UHGV virus genome: UHGV-0214218
Source: a virus
Strand: one strand, 5' to 3'
Length of the DNA stretch: 43,834 nt
Shown here: positions 41,489-43,834 of the stretch, piece after piece
How the letters are laid out: the number at the start of each line of letters is the position of its first letter
Numbering within the stretch: position 1 is the stretch's first letter
Translations under genes and position numbers: made by a program
The notes under the pieces: generated by a model
The model's database searches: none
What the model saw: the letters and a program-made list of their open reading frames with translations, nothing else
Told to the model about the DNA's origin: nothing

Positions 41489-41862
41489 AATTCAAATCCC
41501 TCACACCATGCAACAACATACTCACACTGCTCAACATTGAACATGCCAATGTGACATTTCTCTTTGTAAATACCCATGCTTTTAGCCAGGGCGGAATAAG
41601 CAGCACCACGCGTCATTTTCCCTGATTTCCATAATGGATCAAAAGCGGAGTGTGCTTTACTTTTTGCCTTCCTTAATTCTTCATTAGCCACCCTTCCAAG
41701 AGGTCTTTTGCCATCACCATTTTTATGGCAACCAACATAAGCACCACAAGAATCACATAGATAAAAATTAAGAGATGAAAGGTCTGGTCTGTGTGGGTAA
41801 ATTTCACTCCCTTTAGCTAGTCTTGTCGCAATATTGCAGTAATCACAGATAACTTCGTACAT
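41485..41862 (-). CDS. zinc-ribbon protein (CDYC...CDSC) of unknown function
   Basis: ATG 41862 preceded by a GGGGG RBS (internal to track ORF 41485-41874). Confidence 0.45.
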   Translation of the reverse strand: MYEVICDYCNIATRLAKGSEIYPHRPDLSSLNFYLCDSCGAYVGCHKNGDGKRPLGRVANEELRKAKSKAHSAFDPLWKSGKMTRGAAYSALAKSMGIYKEKCHIGMFNVEQCEYVVAWCEGFEL

Positions 41863-41876
41863 ATAAACCCCCAATT

Positions 41877-41903
41877 AAAAGCCCCTTAACGGGGCTTTAT
41901 TTA
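41877..41903. terminator. intra-operon hairpin (AGCCCC-TTAAC-GGGGCT) flanked by A-rich and T-rich runs; possible attenuator
   Basis: 6-bp stem lying between the SSB-like gene and the Zn-ribbon gene. Confidence 0.35.
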
Positions 41904-41919
41904 AATAAACATCAAATCA

Positions 41920-42441
41920 TTAAAACGGAATGTCATCATCAAAGTCCATCGGCGGCTCGTTAGATGGCGCTGATTGCTTATGAGCAGGCGCTGCTTTTGT
42001 CTGTTGACGACCGAAAACACCAGCCACATAGTTACCAGTTTTTTGCTTATCCTCAGACTCCCAAACTCGCAGAAGAAGAATCATTGGGCGATTTGCAAGC
42101 GCACTGGCGATAGCAAAATCAGTCGGCTCTTTCCCTGATGCCATCAGCTTACCACCAGCGTTTGCGTCAATTGCTGCAAGCATAGTGATAGCATTGTCGC
42201 GCTGCTTTTCTTTTGAGCTAAATACTTTCAGCTTCTGGAAGATGATGCGATTTTTATACTCACCCTCAAGGATTCGCCACTTAAGATTGAAGAATCGCTC
42301 ACCTTCCCACTGATCGTCTTTACATTCTTCAACTGCAGCAAGAACGCGACTGCCATCAGGAATTACTTCGAAACCACCACCCAGTTCAAATTCAGATTTA
42401 GATTCAACAGCTTTACCGTCAGAAAGATTCCAGAAACCCAT
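41920..42441 (-). CDS. SSB-like protein: divergent N-terminal domain joined to an E. coli-SSB-type C-terminal tail (…KQSAPSNEPPMDFDDDIPF)
   Basis: The last 19 residues (…QSAPSNEPPMDFDDDIPF) match the E. coli SSB C-terminus. ATG 42441 is preceded by GAGAGGA. Lies next to the Sak4-like and Gp157-like genes. Confidence 0.6.
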   Translation of the reverse strand: MGFWNLSDGKAVESKSEFELGGGFEVIPDGSRVLAAVEECKDDQWEGERFFNLKWRILEGEYKNRIIFQKLKVFSSKEKQRDNAITMLAAIDANAGGKLMASGKEPTDFAIASALANRPMILLLRVWESEDKQKTGNYVAGVFGRQQTKAAPAHKQSAPSNEPPMDFDDDIPF

Positions 42442-42458
42442 TTTTGTGTCCTCTCGAT

Positions 42459-42938
42459 TTATTTGATGATCAGTTTTGGTTTGCCGTCGGTGATGGCGCA
42501 ACCCTTAATTTCAACCCCGGCTTTAATCGCATTTTTAATCGCTGCGTTATCTGCCGATACTTTCACAACGCGGTACTGCTCAGGAAGCTGCTCAACAGGA
42601 ACAAACACATCAAGAACTGGTGACGGTTTGCCAAGAGTGATACTGAACAACTTACCTTTGATATTTGTCTTTCCTGACGCCATCATGTTTTGACGAAGAT
42701 AATCTTTAAGGTTATCAATCTTCGCAACTAAAACACGCTTACGCTCAGAAAGACGGTCAATCTCGGATTTAAGCCCAGCCTCATCAGCTTCAAGCTCACG
42801 AATGTAAGCAGCAACCATTTCAGCCTTTCCTTCAAACTCCTCTTCAATAAGATTGATGGTATCTTCAATCTGCTCCCGCGGAATATCCTCCATCGCCAGC
42901 AGTTCATTAAGCTGTTTTGTTATCTCGTAGAGATGCAT
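42459..42938 (-). CDS. Siphovirus Gp157-family protein
   Basis: MHLYEITKQLNEL...KDYLRQNM...LPEQYRVVKVSADNAAIKNAIKAGVEIKG follows the Gp157 family pattern. This protein is typically associated with Sak4. Confidence 0.65.
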   Translation of the reverse strand: MHLYEITKQLNELLAMEDIPREQIEDTINLIEEEFEGKAEMVAAYIRELEADEAGLKSEIDRLSERKRVLVAKIDNLKDYLRQNMMASGKTNIKGKLFSITLGKPSPVLDVFVPVEQLPEQYRVVKVSADNAAIKNAIKAGVEIKGCAITDGKPKLIIK

Positions 42939-43749
42939 AATATTTAATCTCACTCAAAAGTGGGTTCTCACCTTTTTCAAAAGGAATTTCAGGTTCAAGG
43001 TTGTATCTGTTTTTTGCATTAACATATCCAACTCGACCATCACCAGAGGTAATAAGAACTCGTTGACCAGTCTGAACAACCTTTCCAAACTTGGTTACCT
43101 GCCCTTTCTTATCAGTCTCAGTTCCTTTCACGAACTCCTCATTCCTGATGTAAATAACAGCATCACTAAGATTCACATAGCCAGAAACAGAAGCATCATG
43201 CATGTCAAGTGTGTAAACGGTGTATTCATCAGCATCAGGGCGATTCTTCATCTTTTTAACACCTGCGTGTGCAAGATAAATAATGCTCATCCCTTTTTCT
43301 TTGCGAAGATACTTACATGCATTTATTATTTCAGCGTGCATTTCAGAAACAACAATATATCCTTTGTTGTAACCACCAGCCGCAGAACCTACGTTGTCAA
43401 CACCGTAATTTTCACAAACCTCATGCTCAAACATTGAATGCAGGCTTGTGATTGAGTCAATTACAAGCGTTTTGTAATTATGTTCCTCAGTAATTAATGC
43501 GCGTAGCTGTGACAGCAAATCATCCTTTGTGCTTGTTTTGCGTTTAGCGTCAGCGCGCTTCAGAACAGGAAATGAATCAGGTTTCTTTTCATCATCCCAG
43601 TCATCAAAAACACCAGTGATCTCTTCAGCCTGAATAAACACTGGGTTTGGGAATAGCGCCGCAAGAGTTGTCTTGCCTACACCTGGAGTACCAACCAATG
43701 TTATGATTGGCGCTGCTGGTTTTGGTTTTTGAATCATTGATAAGCTCAT
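42907..43749 (-). CDS. Sak4-like RecA-core ATPase (AAA_24 family recombination protein)
   Basis: Walker A LVGTPGVGKTT. It has a RecA-like core without the N- and C-terminal RecA extensions. Sits in an operon with the Gp157-like and SSB-like genes. Confidence 0.75.
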   Translation of the reverse strand: MSLSMIQKPKPAAPIITLVGTPGVGKTTLAALFPNPVFIQAEEITGVFDDWDDEKKPDSFPVLKRADAKRKTSTKDDLLSQLRALITEEHNYKTLVIDSITSLHSMFEHEVCENYGVDNVGSAAGGYNKGYIVVSEMHAEIINACKYLRKEKGMSIIYLAHAGVKKMKNRPDADEYTVYTLDMHDASVSGYVNLSDAVIYIRNEEFVKGTETDKKGQVTKFGKVVQTGQRVLITSGDGRVGYVNAKNRYNLEPEIPFEKGENPLLSEIKYYASLRDNKTA

Positions 43750-43834
43750 AGTGTCCTCTCGATTTAACTCAGCATATCGCTGGTGTGACTTAAAGATACG
43801 TCAACGTGACGGTAAACGCAATACCTTGACGAAA

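Noticed and set aside
43750-43834. possible promoter for the Sak4-like operon (TTGACG at the complement of 43778-43783 and a CGTCAA/TTGACG inverted pair)
   Set aside because: No acceptable -10 lies at 16-19 bp from the TTGACG. The window ends 85 bp upstream of the gene, so the real promoter may lie outside the window.

Overview
The window reads as an almost complete (about 43.8 kb), circularly permuted genome of a tailed dsDNA phage of enterobacteria. It has a siphovirus-type layout with a lambda-like tail module. Codon usage and a C-terminal peptide identical to the E. coli SSB tail point to an E. coli-type host.

Modules, in order along the window:
- 1-3300: a leftward replication operon (Cro-like HTH gene, then a 777-aa primase-polymerase/SF3 helicase) ending in converging terminators.
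- 3350-3850: an AT-rich non-coding region with iteron-like TGGCAAATAG repeats, read here as a candidate origin.
- 3.9-5.5 kb and 9.3-10.3 kb: clusters of tiny early genes on the + strand.
- 5.6-7.9 kb: packaging genes (TerS, an intron-less HNH-AP2 homing endonuclease, TerL).
- 7955-9201: a - strand two-gene insertion encoding a YhhQ/DUF165-type 7-deazaguanine-precursor transporter and a DpdA-like (tRNA-guanine-transglycosylase superfamily) protein.
- 10376-12719: portal and head-morphogenesis genes.
- 14192-15783: a lysis cassette (lysozyme-fragment ORF, lambda R-type transglycosylase, holin-like protein, embedded Rz/Rz1 spanins).
- 15.8-19.7 kb: divergent early operons containing a second HNH-AP2 endonuclease and a Lar-type restriction-alleviation protein.
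- 19900-22852: head genes in lambda C/D/E order (protease-scaffold, decoration-like protein, major capsid).
- 23125-25554: a leftward operon (small ORF, ParB-like nuclease, beta-class N6/N4 DNA methyltransferase).
- 26.5-38.8 kb: neck genes, major tail protein with Ig-like C-terminus, a - strand moron cassette (secreted protein and DUF551), tail chaperone, 816-aa tape measure, minor tail proteins, NlpC/P60 K-like protein, J-like tip protein and a beta-helix tail fibre/spike.
- 39.1-43.7 kb: a leftward recombination/replication operon (Sak4-like RecA-core ATPase, Gp157-like protein, SSB-like protein ending in the E. coli SSB tail DFDDDIPF, Zn-ribbon protein, DEAD-box helicase, VRR-NUC nuclease).

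Most notable observations:
- The VRR-NUC gene ends at a TAG. It is followed in-frame by 38 codons encoding a Q/P-rich linker plus PPMDFDDSIPF, a second SSB-tip mimic reachable by amber readthrough.
- The DpdA-like/YhhQ-like pair suggests 7-deazaguanine DNA modification. Together with the methyltransferase and Lar it would form a layered anti-restriction system.
- There is a recurrent 12-mer TTGACGTAGA(A/T)T early-promoter family, and a late-promoter family built on an extended -10 GTGATAnAAT preceded by AATCTACAYCAC.

No tRNA, rRNA or CRISPR arrays were seen.
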